A stretch of DNA of 64,000 nt. It comes from a bacterium (GTDB lineage: Bacteria; CAIWAD01). Position numbers and translations under genes: made by a program. Under the pieces are notes generated by a model. The model saw nothing but the letters and a program-made list of their open reading frames with translations. It made no database searches and had not been told where the DNA came from. The stretch spans positions 111,100 through 175,099 of the forward strand of contig JAUIFJ010000003.1 in NCBI GenBank assembly GCA_030429345.1, written 5' to 3'. This document shows positions 1 through 8,388 of the stretch, piece by piece. Every line of letters starts with the position of its first letter. Position 1 is the first letter of the stretch.

Positions 1-1685
1 CCGGTGCAGACACCGACGACCACCAGCAGGTTGCTGAGGATCTCGATGAAGATGCGCAGCCCCAGGTTGTGAGACGGATTCTGCAGGTCCATGCCCACCA
101 GCCCCAGCAGTCCCTGGCTGAAGCGGCCGAAGCGGCTGGCCGTGCCGTCCTCCAGGCCTTCGACGAGGGCCGGCATGTCAAAGGGTTCCGCACGGAAGGC
201 GCGGATCTCCTCGTCGCTGTAGGAGGTCAGCAGCTTGCTGCCGGTGAAGAGCGCAGCGCCGTCGGACAGCACGCGGCGATGCAGTCCCAGCGCCTGCCGC
301 GGCAGGTCGCTCAGCCAACCGGCCAGCACCAGGCGCTGCAGGGAAAGCCTCTGGTCTTCGCCCAGGTGATACTCGCCGAGCAGCAGGGCGTCCAGCGAGC
401 CCAGGCGCAGCTCCAGCTCTTCCTGCAGGCTTCGGCCCTGGCCCGCCGCATCCAGCCGCGCGCGCAGGTCTTCCACCTGCTCCGAGGTCCAGTTGCGCAG
501 CTGCTCGGGACGCGGATTGCGCGATTTGAGCAGGCTGTCGACCACGACAACCGTACGCTGGTCGTTCCAGTCCAGGGTGGTGCCCGGCGCGAAGGCGCCG
601 GCCTTGTAGAGTTCCCAGAAATGGCTGCGGCCGGCAGGGCGTGTCAGGGCGTCGGCCGCGTCGCGGGCCTGCTCCGCGGACAGGCCGTTTTCCTGCAGCC
701 GCTTCGCAAGGGCCGTCTCCGCCGGCAGGTTTTCCACGTGTACACGCAGCAGCAGCCCGTAGAGCTCGTCCTGCCAGGCCGGCAGCTCCAGGGCGGGCAG
801 GGGCAGGGGAACCTGCGCGCCGTCGGCGCCGAGCCATTCATCGAAGGAGGGCAGGGGCATGGGATCCGCGGGATCCATTCCGCCGAGACGCGTCAGCAGC
901 GCCCGGTCCAGGGATTCACCGCCGAGGGAGTTGCAGAGCTGCATCTCGAAGCTCCGCGCGTCCTCGACCACCTGGGCCACGCGCGGCCCCAGCTCGCGAA
1001 AGAAGGCCCGCGGCATGTCGCGGAACAGACGACTGTTGCCCGCGTCGGCCAACAGCTCCTCTTCGACCCAGGGCATGAGGGCCGTGCCTGCGCGATCCCC
1101 ATACCAGGCGCTGAAGTGCTGCTGGAGCTCCACGCGCCGGGCTTCCATTTCGAGGGCCGGAAAGGCATCGCTTTTCGTCAGCAGCTCCTCGACGATCTCC
1201 CGGCCGCTGAAGTCCTTCATGGTCGCCTGCAGCTGCGGGACCAGGCTGCCCTGGGCCGCCTGGATCACCTGGATGCCGGCGAAGGCGCCGATCACATAGG
1301 CCAGCGGCCAGCGGCTGACCCAGTGCAGGCGCTTGGTGACCTTGAAGAGCATCATGATGCCCAGCACCAGAAAAAGCAGGTAGATCCAGTGGGTGTAGCC
1401 CAGCTGGTCGGCGAAACCGGGATCGTAGCTCGTGTACTCGGCCGGGCTGATTTCCCCCGCCAGGAACATGCGCTGGATGAGCACGCTCTCCGGGATCCAC
1501 AGCCGGTCCCACAGGTTGGGAGTCAGCACCTGCGTCCAGACCATGACCACGCCATAGCCGGCGCTGACGCCGACGAAGACATGCTCGGCGAACTTGTAGA
1601 GCGGATTGTCGCGGTAGAGGAAGCTGAAGATCATCAGCGTGGAGGCGCAGATCAGCAGCGCCCCAATGATGTCGAGGCTGAACAC
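1..1685 (-). CDS. Uncharacterised integral membrane protein (YRDNPLYKFAEH family), 3' end runs off the window
   Basis: Not in the ORF track because it has no stop in the window. GTG at 1685 overlaps the TAG of the upstream gene (TAGTG). Hand translation: MFSLDIIGALLICASTLMIFSFLYRDNPLYKFAEHVFVGVSAGYG..., open to position 1; hydrophobic N- and C-parts separated by a long soluble insert. Confidence 0.8.
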   Translation of the reverse strand, partial: MFSLDIIGALLICASTLMIFSFLYRDNPLYKFAEHVFVGVSAGYGVVMVWTQVLTPNLWDRLWIPESVLIQRMFLAGEISPAEYTSYDPGFADQLGYTHWIYLLFLVLGIMMLFKVTKRLHWVSRWPLAYVIGAFAGIQVIQAAQGSLVPQLQATMKDFSGREIVEELLTKSDAFPALEMEARRVELQQHFSAWYGDRAGTALMPWVEEELLADAGNSRLFRDMPRAFFRELGPRVAQVVEDARSFEMQLCNSLGGESLDRALLTRLGGMDPADPMPLPSFDEWLGADGAQVPLPLPALELPAWQDELYGLLLRVHVENLPAETALAKRLQENGLSAEQARDAADALTRPAGRSHFWELYKAGAFAPGTTLDWNDQRTVVVVDSLLKSRNPRPEQLRNWTSEQVEDLRARLDAAGQGRSLQEELELRLGSLDALLLGEYHLGEDQRLSLQRLVLAGWLSDLPRQALGLHRRVLSDGAALFTGSKLLTSYSDEEIRAFRAEPFDMPALVEGLEDGTASRFGRFSQGLLGLVGMDLQNPSHNLGLRIFIEILSNLLVVVGVCT

Positions 1686-2545
1686 TACTTGCCCCCCCGC
1701 TTGCGTGTGCCGAAATAGGCCACATTGCCCAGGAAAATGAAGAGGATGATCAACAGGTGGCCGAAGCTCTGGGCCGCCATGCCCTTCGTCGCCGCGCCGC
1801 CCTCGATGCCGACCAGGGTCTCGTAGTCGGCGCTGCCCTTCATGCCGCCGGCCAGGCCGATCAGCTGTCCGCTTTCGTAGTACGGAATGTTGTCCGGCGC
1901 CATCACCGCGGTGCAGGAGGCGGCCATGGTCAGGCCGAAACGGCCCTGGGCCGTCTCCACCCACTCCTTGGTGCCCGGGCTGCCGCCGCTCACGTTGATG
2001 AAGAGGTCGAAATCGCCCAGCTTCTTCAGCTGGCGCATCAGCGGCACCTGGCCGATGGGCGTGCCGTCATAGGTCACGGGAAAGGTCGAATGGATGTTCT
2101 CGCCCATGCTGAGCATCACCAGCTGGCGGCCATCCTTGTAGCCCAGGTTGACATAGTCGATGCCCTGCTCGAGCCCCATGTCGCGAATGCCCTCCTGCTC
2201 GAGGGCCAGGGTGATCGCCTGTCCGACCAGCGGCGGCGCCGCCGGCCAGAGGCAGCTGATCACCACGTTGATGTCCTTGCGGAAGAGGTGCTGGAAGAGC
2301 GCTTCGGTGAAGGGCTGCAGCTCGGGCTTGCTGCCCGGGTCGTAGTCGCAGCTGACGATCACGTTGTCGCCGGCGTCCAGATCCTCGATGGCCTCGTAGA
2401 TCGCCTCGACGGCAGGGTCCGTGGTGAAGGGCAGGCTCTGGTCCAGCAGCAGGGGGACCAGGATGCAGATCGCCATGAAGGAGAAGATCCAGCGGCGGTC
2501 CAGGGTGAGGATGCGGTTGAGGAACCGCAGAATCGCGTGCCACAT
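1685..2545 (-). CDS. Uncharacterised membrane-anchored protein of the DUF6754-associated cluster
   Basis: 286-aa ORF with N- and C-terminal TM segments; motifs DYDPGSKPEL, DYVNLGYKDG, PYYESGQLIGLAGGMKGSADYE; translationally coupled to neighbours. Confidence 0.85.
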   Translation of the reverse strand: MWHAILRFLNRILTLDRRWIFSFMAICILVPLLLDQSLPFTTDPAVEAIYEAIEDLDAGDNVIVSCDYDPGSKPELQPFTEALFQHLFRKDINVVISCLWPAAPPLVGQAITLALEQEGIRDMGLEQGIDYVNLGYKDGRQLVMLSMGENIHSTFPVTYDGTPIGQVPLMRQLKKLGDFDLFINVSGGSPGTKEWVETAQGRFGLTMAASCTAVMAPDNIPYYESGQLIGLAGGMKGSADYETLVGIEGGAATKGMAAQSFGHLLIILFIFLGNVAYFGTRKRGGK

Positions 2546-3166
2546 CTAGTTGTCCCCTCCCAGGTAGCTGCGTTCCAGACCGAGGATCACGCGCAGGCCG
2601 GTCGAGATGGCTCCCAGCGCGGCGCCGATCAGGATCGCGCGCTTGCCGGCCAGGTTGGGAAAGTTCATGATCCAGTCGCTGATGTCGGGAAAGGCGCCCC
2701 AGATCGATTCGCCCAGCGGAATGCGGCCCATCATCACGAAGGAGGCGCAGACCAGCAGCAGCGTCGCTTCCATGCTGCGGGCGCGGAAGGCGCGGAAGGC
2801 GGCACTGGCAATGTAGAAGGCCAGCAGGCTGAACATGGTCGCCTGCAGCGGCACGTAGAGCTTGAGATACATCCAGTCGAAGGGCGTGCCCGGTGTGACA
2901 CCCCAGAAGCCGAGCACGATCATCAGCGTCAGGCTGGCCAGCAGGGCCACTTTGTGGATCACATCCTGCCCGCGGCGGATCTTCTTCAGGTTGACGAAGA
3001 TCACGCTGTAGAGGCCCAGGATGTAGGTGAAGGCCATGATGATGATGCCGCCGTTGAACAATGTCTCACGGCTTTCCCGCACCCACGGGATCCCGCCGGC
3101 GAAGTTCTCGAAGATCATCCACGCTCCCAGCAGGAAGGTGATGATCAGGGGGATTTCCTTTTTCAT
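2546..3166 (-). CDS. Uncharacterised polytopic membrane protein
   Basis: 206 aa, about 6 TM helices; motifs PLQATMFSLLAFYIASAAFRAFRAR and LRVILGLERSYLG. Confidence 0.85.
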   Translation of the reverse strand: MKKEIPLIITFLLGAWMIFENFAGGIPWVRESRETLFNGGIIIMAFTYILGLYSVIFVNLKKIRRGQDVIHKVALLASLTLMIVLGFWGVTPGTPFDWMYLKLYVPLQATMFSLLAFYIASAAFRAFRARSMEATLLLVCASFVMMGRIPLGESIWGAFPDISDWIMNFPNLAGKRAILIGAALGAISTGLRVILGLERSYLGGDN

Positions 3167-3181
3167 CCGTTCGTGTCCTGC

Positions 3182-4063
3182 CTAGATGTGGAACCAGTTG
3201 AGGAAGTTCTTCGGCTGGAAGCTTTCGGTGTGCAGCCCCATGTTGTCCAGCGTCAGGGCCAGGCTGCCGATCAGGATCAGCGCGATGCAGATCACCTTGA
3301 ACCAGTCGGTGGCCTTCAGGTTGCTGAGCAGTTTCGGATCACGGCTCAGGTAGGCCGAGGCGGCGAAGAGCTCCTCTCCGATCAGCGTGTAGTCGCAGGC
3401 GGCGATGAAGAAGGGCAGCTGTGTCACCTCCGCCGTGCCCGCCACCTGGATCGCCTTGGCCTGGAAGCCGGTCTCGGATAGGATCAGCGACTCGGCGAAG
3501 AAGCGGCCGAGGAAGAGGTTGGCCGCCGGACGCTCGCGCAGCATGATGCCGTTGACGCCGGCGGTGAAGGCGAACTGCTCATCGGAAATGAAGCTGACGT
3601 TTTCCGGCCGGTGATCTTCGGGCAGGCCGGCATTGTAGAAGCCCTGGCGGACCATCTCCTCCGCCACGCTCATCACGAAGGGCACGCGGCAGGGAACGTA
3701 GATCTCGCTCTTGTAGCGCGCCGTCGTCTCCGAGACCTTGCCCAGGATCAGCATACTGGCAATGGTCTGGATGTCCTGCATGTCCTCGATGCCCGGCACA
3801 TAGAGCAGCGGCCGCCCCATTTCCGTGCAGCGGCCGATGGCCTCCTCGATGGCGTCGATGCCGGCGATGCGGCGGACGAAAAGCGAGTCGGGCTTCTTCC
3901 TGATGCGGTCGTAGAAGTAGAACAGCAGGGCCGTCATCGCCAGAATCACCAGCAGCACGGTCAGGCGGCCGGGTTCCAGCAGGAAGGCCTGCTGCCCCAG
4001 GGCTGCCGGCGCCGCACCCGCGGAGGGCGCGATCAGGGCAGACAACAGGGGGATGGGGGTCAT
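3182..4063 (-). CDS. DUF6754-domain membrane protein
   Basis: RRIAGIDAIEEAIGRCTEMGRP ... QLPFFIAACDYTLIGEELFAASAYLS signature. Start placed at ATG 4063 because the upstream ORF extension runs through repeat DNA. Confidence 0.8.
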   Translation of the reverse strand: MTPIPLLSALIAPSAGAAPAALGQQAFLLEPGRLTVLLVILAMTALLFYFYDRIRKKPDSLFVRRIAGIDAIEEAIGRCTEMGRPLLYVPGIEDMQDIQTIASMLILGKVSETTARYKSEIYVPCRVPFVMSVAEEMVRQGFYNAGLPEDHRPENVSFISDEQFAFTAGVNGIMLRERPAANLFLGRFFAESLILSETGFQAKAIQVAGTAEVTQLPFFIAACDYTLIGEELFAASAYLSRDPKLLSNLKATDWFKVICIALILIGSLALTLDNMGLHTESFQPKNFLNWFHI

Positions 4064-4190
4064 AGGGGATTCCACTGTGCTGGACGACGGATCCCGGCAG
4101 GCAACTTCCAGCCGGGGCAACCCTTTAAGGTAATGGAAGATGCCTAGGGGGGCAAAGGAAGGGCCGGGGGGCATGGGACAGCTTCTTCGA

Positions 4191-4390
4191 ACGATGATCG
4201 TGCGTGATTCTATTCTCCGCACGAGGATCGTGCGTGAATCTATTCTCCGCACGATGATCGTGCGGCTATATGCAAGGACCGCGATGCGGTCCTCTGGCAT
4301 GACCACCTTGAATGGACAGCGGAAACCATGTCGAAGACAAACGACCGCGTAGCGGTCGCTGCATAAAGCCGCGGGTGAATCCCGCGGACT
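4191..4390. repeat. Left REP/BIME-like palindromic repeat cluster
   Basis: 30-bp unit ACGATGATCGTGCGTGAATCTATTCTCCGC x2.5, then hairpins GGACCGCGATGCGGTCC, CGACCGCGTAGCGGTCG and CCGCGGGTGAATCCCGCGG; 4221-4390 recurs at 5051-5220. Confidence 0.9.
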
Positions 4391-4418
4391 CAAGAGCGAA
4401 TCCCCATTCAAACGGAGA

Positions 4419-4895
4419 TCAATCATCCGCATCATCCGGATTCTCCCTGTCGAAGAGGTGGCGGGGGTCGTATTCGATGCCGTTTGATTTCAGCAATGAC
4501 TCGTATTCCTCGCGAAAGCTGCGGCTCCTGTGATGCACCTCCTGGTTGCGGATGTAGTTCCTGATGCCGTCGAGCTTTTTGCTGTTGACGCTAAAAGCGG
4601 AATACCCCCCTTGCCATCGTGGTTTCCCGATTTCCGGATAACACTTTTTCGTCCAGGACAAGCTCGAGAGTTTCAGCTCCCGCACGATGGTACCGAAGGA
4701 TCCATCCGCCGGCATGCGTACCAGCAGGTGTACATGGTCCTCGACACCCCCGATCTCGATCGCTTTCCACCCGTTTGCGCGGAGCACGCCACCCATATAT
4801 TCATGCATCCGCCCACGCAACCCGGATTGGATCCAGGGACGGCGACGCCGTGTTCCGAACACCAGGTGTACGATCACATTCGTAAACGAGCCCAA
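4419..4895 (-). mobile_element. tnpA: IS200/IS605-family Y1 (HUH) transposase, probably REP-associated (RAYT-like)
   Basis: 158 aa; HLVFGT, DHVHLL (HUH), WQGGYSAFSV, YIRNQ (catalytic Tyr); GGAGG RBS before TTG; no tnpB; lower GC than flanks. Confidence 0.9.
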
Positions 4896-5050
4896 AATTC
4901 CTCCAGTCGTGCTACATGCATTGCCCTTCTGGAGACCATGAAATCGAATTCGTCGAACTCAATCAAGCGCTATTTCGAGAATTGTGATGTATCTGAGGAT
5001 CATGTCCACAAACTTGGACAGACTACTGGAACAAAGATTTTTCTTCATAC

Positions 5051-5220
5051 ACGAAGATCGTGCGTGAATCTATTCTCCGCACGATGATCGTGCGGCTATA
5101 TGCAAGGACCGCGATGCGGTCCTCTGGCATGACAACTATAAATGGATAGCGGAAAACATGTCGAAGACGCACGACCGCGTAGCGGTCGCTGCCTAAAGCC
5201 GCGGGTGAATCCCGCGGACA
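5051..5220. repeat. Right REP/BIME-like palindromic repeat (direct copy of 4221-4390)
   Basis: Near-identical 170-bp copy at offset 830. Confidence 0.9.
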
Positions 5221-5238
5221 TCTAATAGCAAGAACACC

Positions 5239-8200
5239 CTACTCCCTCTGCATCGAAGGCGCCGGCGCTCCCGCAGCCTTGACGCGCCGGCTCATGAGCC
5301 TGCCGCGCAGGTCGCGCAGGAAATTGCCCAGGTCGTCGACGAGTGTATACACCAACGGGATCACGATCAGGGTCGAGAGCGTGCTCACCAGCAGGCCGCC
5401 CATCATGGCGCGGCCCATGGGGGCGTAGGGCATGCCGATCAGGGCGGCGTTGCCGACGGCCATCGGGATCAGGCCGCAGACGGTGGTGGCGGCGGTCATC
5501 ATCACGGGGCGGAAGCGCTGGCGGTTGGCGGTCAGCAGGGCCTCGTGGCGCGGCATGCCGCCGCGCTGCAGGCGTACGACAAGGTCGATCAGCACAATGG
5601 CGTTGTTGACCACGATACCCATCAGGATCACGACCCCGATGCCGGCCATCATGTCGAAACTGCTCCCTGTAATCAAAAGGGCCCATTGCGCGCCCCAGAA
5701 GGCGAAGGGCAGGCTGGCCAGGATGGTCAGGGGCAGCATGAAGGACTCGAAGAGCACGCCCATCAGCAGGAAGACGAAGCTGACCGCCAGCAGGAGCGCC
5801 AGCTGCTGGCTGTTCTGCTGCTCGCGCAGGCGGTCGAAGAAGCGCCCGAAGCTCCAGTCGTAGCCCGCCGGGAAATCCAGGCCGTCCATCACCTGGCGGA
5901 TCGACTCGTTGACGCCGTCCTGGTCTTTCGTATCCCCGACGATCTTCAGCCGCATGAAGCTCTTGCCCGAACTGCGACGGATCGTGCCCAGCGCCGTTTC
6001 GTGCTTCACTTCCACCAGTTCGTCCAGGGGCACCAGGCGCCCGCTGGCGGAGGGGATCTCCAGCTGCTTGAGTTCGCTCAGCTGGTCCCGGTCCTCCTTG
6101 GCCAGCCTGACGCTGGCGTCGAGCTCGCGGCCGCGCTGGCGCAGGTCGGGCAGTTCGTTGCCGGCGAGGGCGTAGCGCACCGTGCCGGCCAGGGTGCTGG
6201 CCTGGATGCCGTTGCGGTCGAGGGCCGCGCGGTCGGCGAGCACGCGCAGTTCCGGGTCGCCCTGCTCCACGTCGAGCTCGGTGGAGATGATGTTGGGCAT
6301 CAGCTCGAGGCGGCGGCGCGCCTCCTCGGCCAGGGCCTTGAGGACCGTTGTATCACGCCCGTTGATCGCCACCGTGATCGCGTTCTCGTCGTTGCCGTTG
6401 TTGCCCCAGCCGATGAAGAGGTCGACGCCCGGCACCTCCGGCAGGTTGGCCTCGATGTCCTCGATCACCTCCTCGCGGGTCATCGTCGAGGTCTTGTAGA
6501 GGCCCAGCTTCTGCCCCAGGGTGCGCCCCAGGTGGACATACCAGCTGGCCTGCCCCTCGCTGTGCAGGAAGACCTCCAGCTCGCCCCAGGTGTTCGAGTG
6601 GCGCGAGGTGATGGTCTTGATGTTGTATACATCGGCCTTGGCGCGGATCCCGTCCTCCACCCGCAGCACCAGGCTGTCGGCGTCGGCGAAGGAGTAGGAA
6701 GGCGGCATGCTGAAGTACAACTCGAAATTGTTGATGTTGCCGTCGCCTTCCGCCGACTGCTTGACCAGGTTCTGCGGAATGGCGATCAGCAGGAAGATGC
6801 CGAGCACGACCAGCGCCGTGTCGAAGCGCCGGCGCAGGGCGATGTCGAGCAGATGTGTGACAGCGGCGCTGCTCTTCGTGATCAGCCGGCTTTCGCGCAC
6901 GTCGCGGATCGTCTTCATCTTGCTGGCCAGCAGGGGCAGGAAGAGCAGAGCCACCAGCAGCGAGGCCAGCAGGGAGATCACGACCGGCATGCCGATGCGC
7001 GTCATGTAGAAGGAGAAGCCGACGTCGTCCGACATCAGCATCAGCGGCAGGAAGACCACGATCGAGGTCAGCGTGGCCACGGTGACCGCCAGGCCCACTT
7101 CCGCCGCGCCGGCCACGCTGGCCTTGCGCGGATCCTGCGTGTGTTCCCTTTCGGACTGGATGCTCTCCATGACCACGATGGCGTTGTCCACCACCATGCC
7201 CACGCTGAGCATCAGCCCCATCATCGTGATGATGTTGAGGCTCCAGCCGATGAAGTAGATCCCCGTGATCGTGATGAAGATCGAGAAGGGAATCGCCGCG
7301 GTGATGATCATCGTCATCCGCCAGCGACGCAGGAAGAAGAAGATCACGCCGATGGCGAAGATCCCGCCCCAGAGAGCGCTTTCCTTCAGGTTGTCGATGG
7401 AATCGCGAATGAAGTCGCCGCGGCTGAAGAGCTTGTTGAAATTGATGCTCTCCATGCGCGGATCCTGCGAGACGCGCTGTAGCACGGCATCCACGTCGCG
7501 GCAGACCTGTTCCGTGTTGGCCGTGCTCTCCTTGGCGATGGCCAGCAGCATGCCCAGTTCGCGGTCGACGCGCATAATCCAGTTGCGCTCCGGCGCGTCG
7601 ATGTGCACGTCGGCAATGTCCTTCAGCCGCAGGGGGCTGCCGCGGATCGGGATCTCGCGCACCTCTTCCACGCCGCGCCAGACCGCGTCGCTGCGCACCG
7701 TGAGACGCCGGCCGCCGTCGAGGATCTCGCCGTTGGTCAGGGCGAAGTTCTCGCTGCGCAGCTGTTCCACCACCTGCCAGGCGCTCAAGCCGTAGCGCGC
7801 CAGGTTCTCCAGGTTCAGGTCGATCAGCAGCTCCTGGTGGTCGCCGCCCCAGAAGTCGACCTTTGCCACGCCGTCCACCTGCTCGATGGGCTTGCGCAGG
7901 AACTCGTCTACAAGATAGTGCGCTTCCCCGGGGTCCAGTTCGCTCGAGGCCCCCAGGAAGTAGATCGTCTCCCCCATGCCCATGCGCCGGAGTCTCACGC
8001 GCTCGATGCCCAGGTCGACTTCGGCGATCGCGCGGTCGATGCGGTCGCGCAGTTCGTTCCAGGCGACGTCCGTGTCCACTCCGTTGCGGATCTGCAGCCA
8101 GAACCAGACGCCGTGGCTCTGGCTGTAGGACTCCAGGTACTTCAGCCCGCCGACTGTGCGCAGGTGTTCCTCGAAGGGTCGGGAGATCAACTCCTCGATC

Positions 8201-8388
8201 TCCTCCGGCGTCGAATTGGGGTAGGAGACCCAGAAGCCCATCCACGGGGACTTGAAGCCCGAGGGCATCATTTCCAGCGGCACCTTGGTCAGGGCGACGG
8301 CCCCGGTGACGACCAGGGCGATGAAGAGCATCAGCACCGTGACCGGTCGCTTGAGACTGAAGGCGGGGAGCAGGCGATCAAGCTTCAC
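5239..8388 (-). CDS. RND (AcrB/AcrD/AcrF family) efflux permease
   Basis: 1049 aa; GMVVDNAIVV, GIVVNNAIVL, RFRPVMMT motifs. Confidence 0.95.
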   Translation of the reverse strand: MKLDRLLPAFSLKRPVTVLMLFIALVVTGAVALTKVPLEMMPSGFKSPWMGFWVSYPNSTPEEIEELISRPFEEHLRTVGGLKYLESYSQSHGVWFWLQIRNGVDTDVAWNELRDRIDRAIAEVDLGIERVRLRRMGMGETIYFLGASSELDPGEAHYLVDEFLRKPIEQVDGVAKVDFWGGDHQELLIDLNLENLARYGLSAWQVVEQLRSENFALTNGEILDGGRRLTVRSDAVWRGVEEVREIPIRGSPLRLKDIADVHIDAPERNWIMRVDRELGMLLAIAKESTANTEQVCRDVDAVLQRVSQDPRMESINFNKLFSRGDFIRDSIDNLKESALWGGIFAIGVIFFFLRRWRMTMIITAAIPFSIFITITGIYFIGWSLNIITMMGLMLSVGMVVDNAIVVMESIQSEREHTQDPRKASVAGAAEVGLAVTVATLTSIVVFLPLMLMSDDVGFSFYMTRIGMPVVISLLASLLVALLFLPLLASKMKTIRDVRESRLITKSSAAVTHLLDIALRRRFDTALVVLGIFLLIAIPQNLVKQSAEGDGNINNFELYFSMPPSYSFADADSLVLRVEDGIRAKADVYNIKTITSRHSNTWGELEVFLHSEGQASWYVHLGRTLGQKLGLYKTSTMTREEVIEDIEANLPEVPGVDLFIGWGNNGNDENAITVAINGRDTTVLKALAEEARRRLELMPNIISTELDVEQGDPELRVLADRAALDRNGIQASTLAGTVRYALAGNELPDLRQRGRELDASVRLAKEDRDQLSELKQLEIPSASGRLVPLDELVEVKHETALGTIRRSSGKSFMRLKIVGDTKDQDGVNESIRQVMDGLDFPAGYDWSFGRFFDRLREQQNSQQLALLLAVSFVFLLMGVLFESFMLPLTILASLPFAFWGAQWALLITGSSFDMMAGIGVVILMGIVVNNAIVLIDLVVRLQRGGMPRHEALLTANRQRFRPVMMTAATTVCGLIPMAVGNAALIGMPYAPMGRAMMGGLLVSTLSTLIVIPLVYTLVDDLGNFLRDLRGRLMSRRVKAAGAPAPSMQRE

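Noticed and set aside
4064-4435. N-terminal extension of the DUF6754 ORF
   Set aside because: Runs through the REP-like repeats and overlaps the tnpA end
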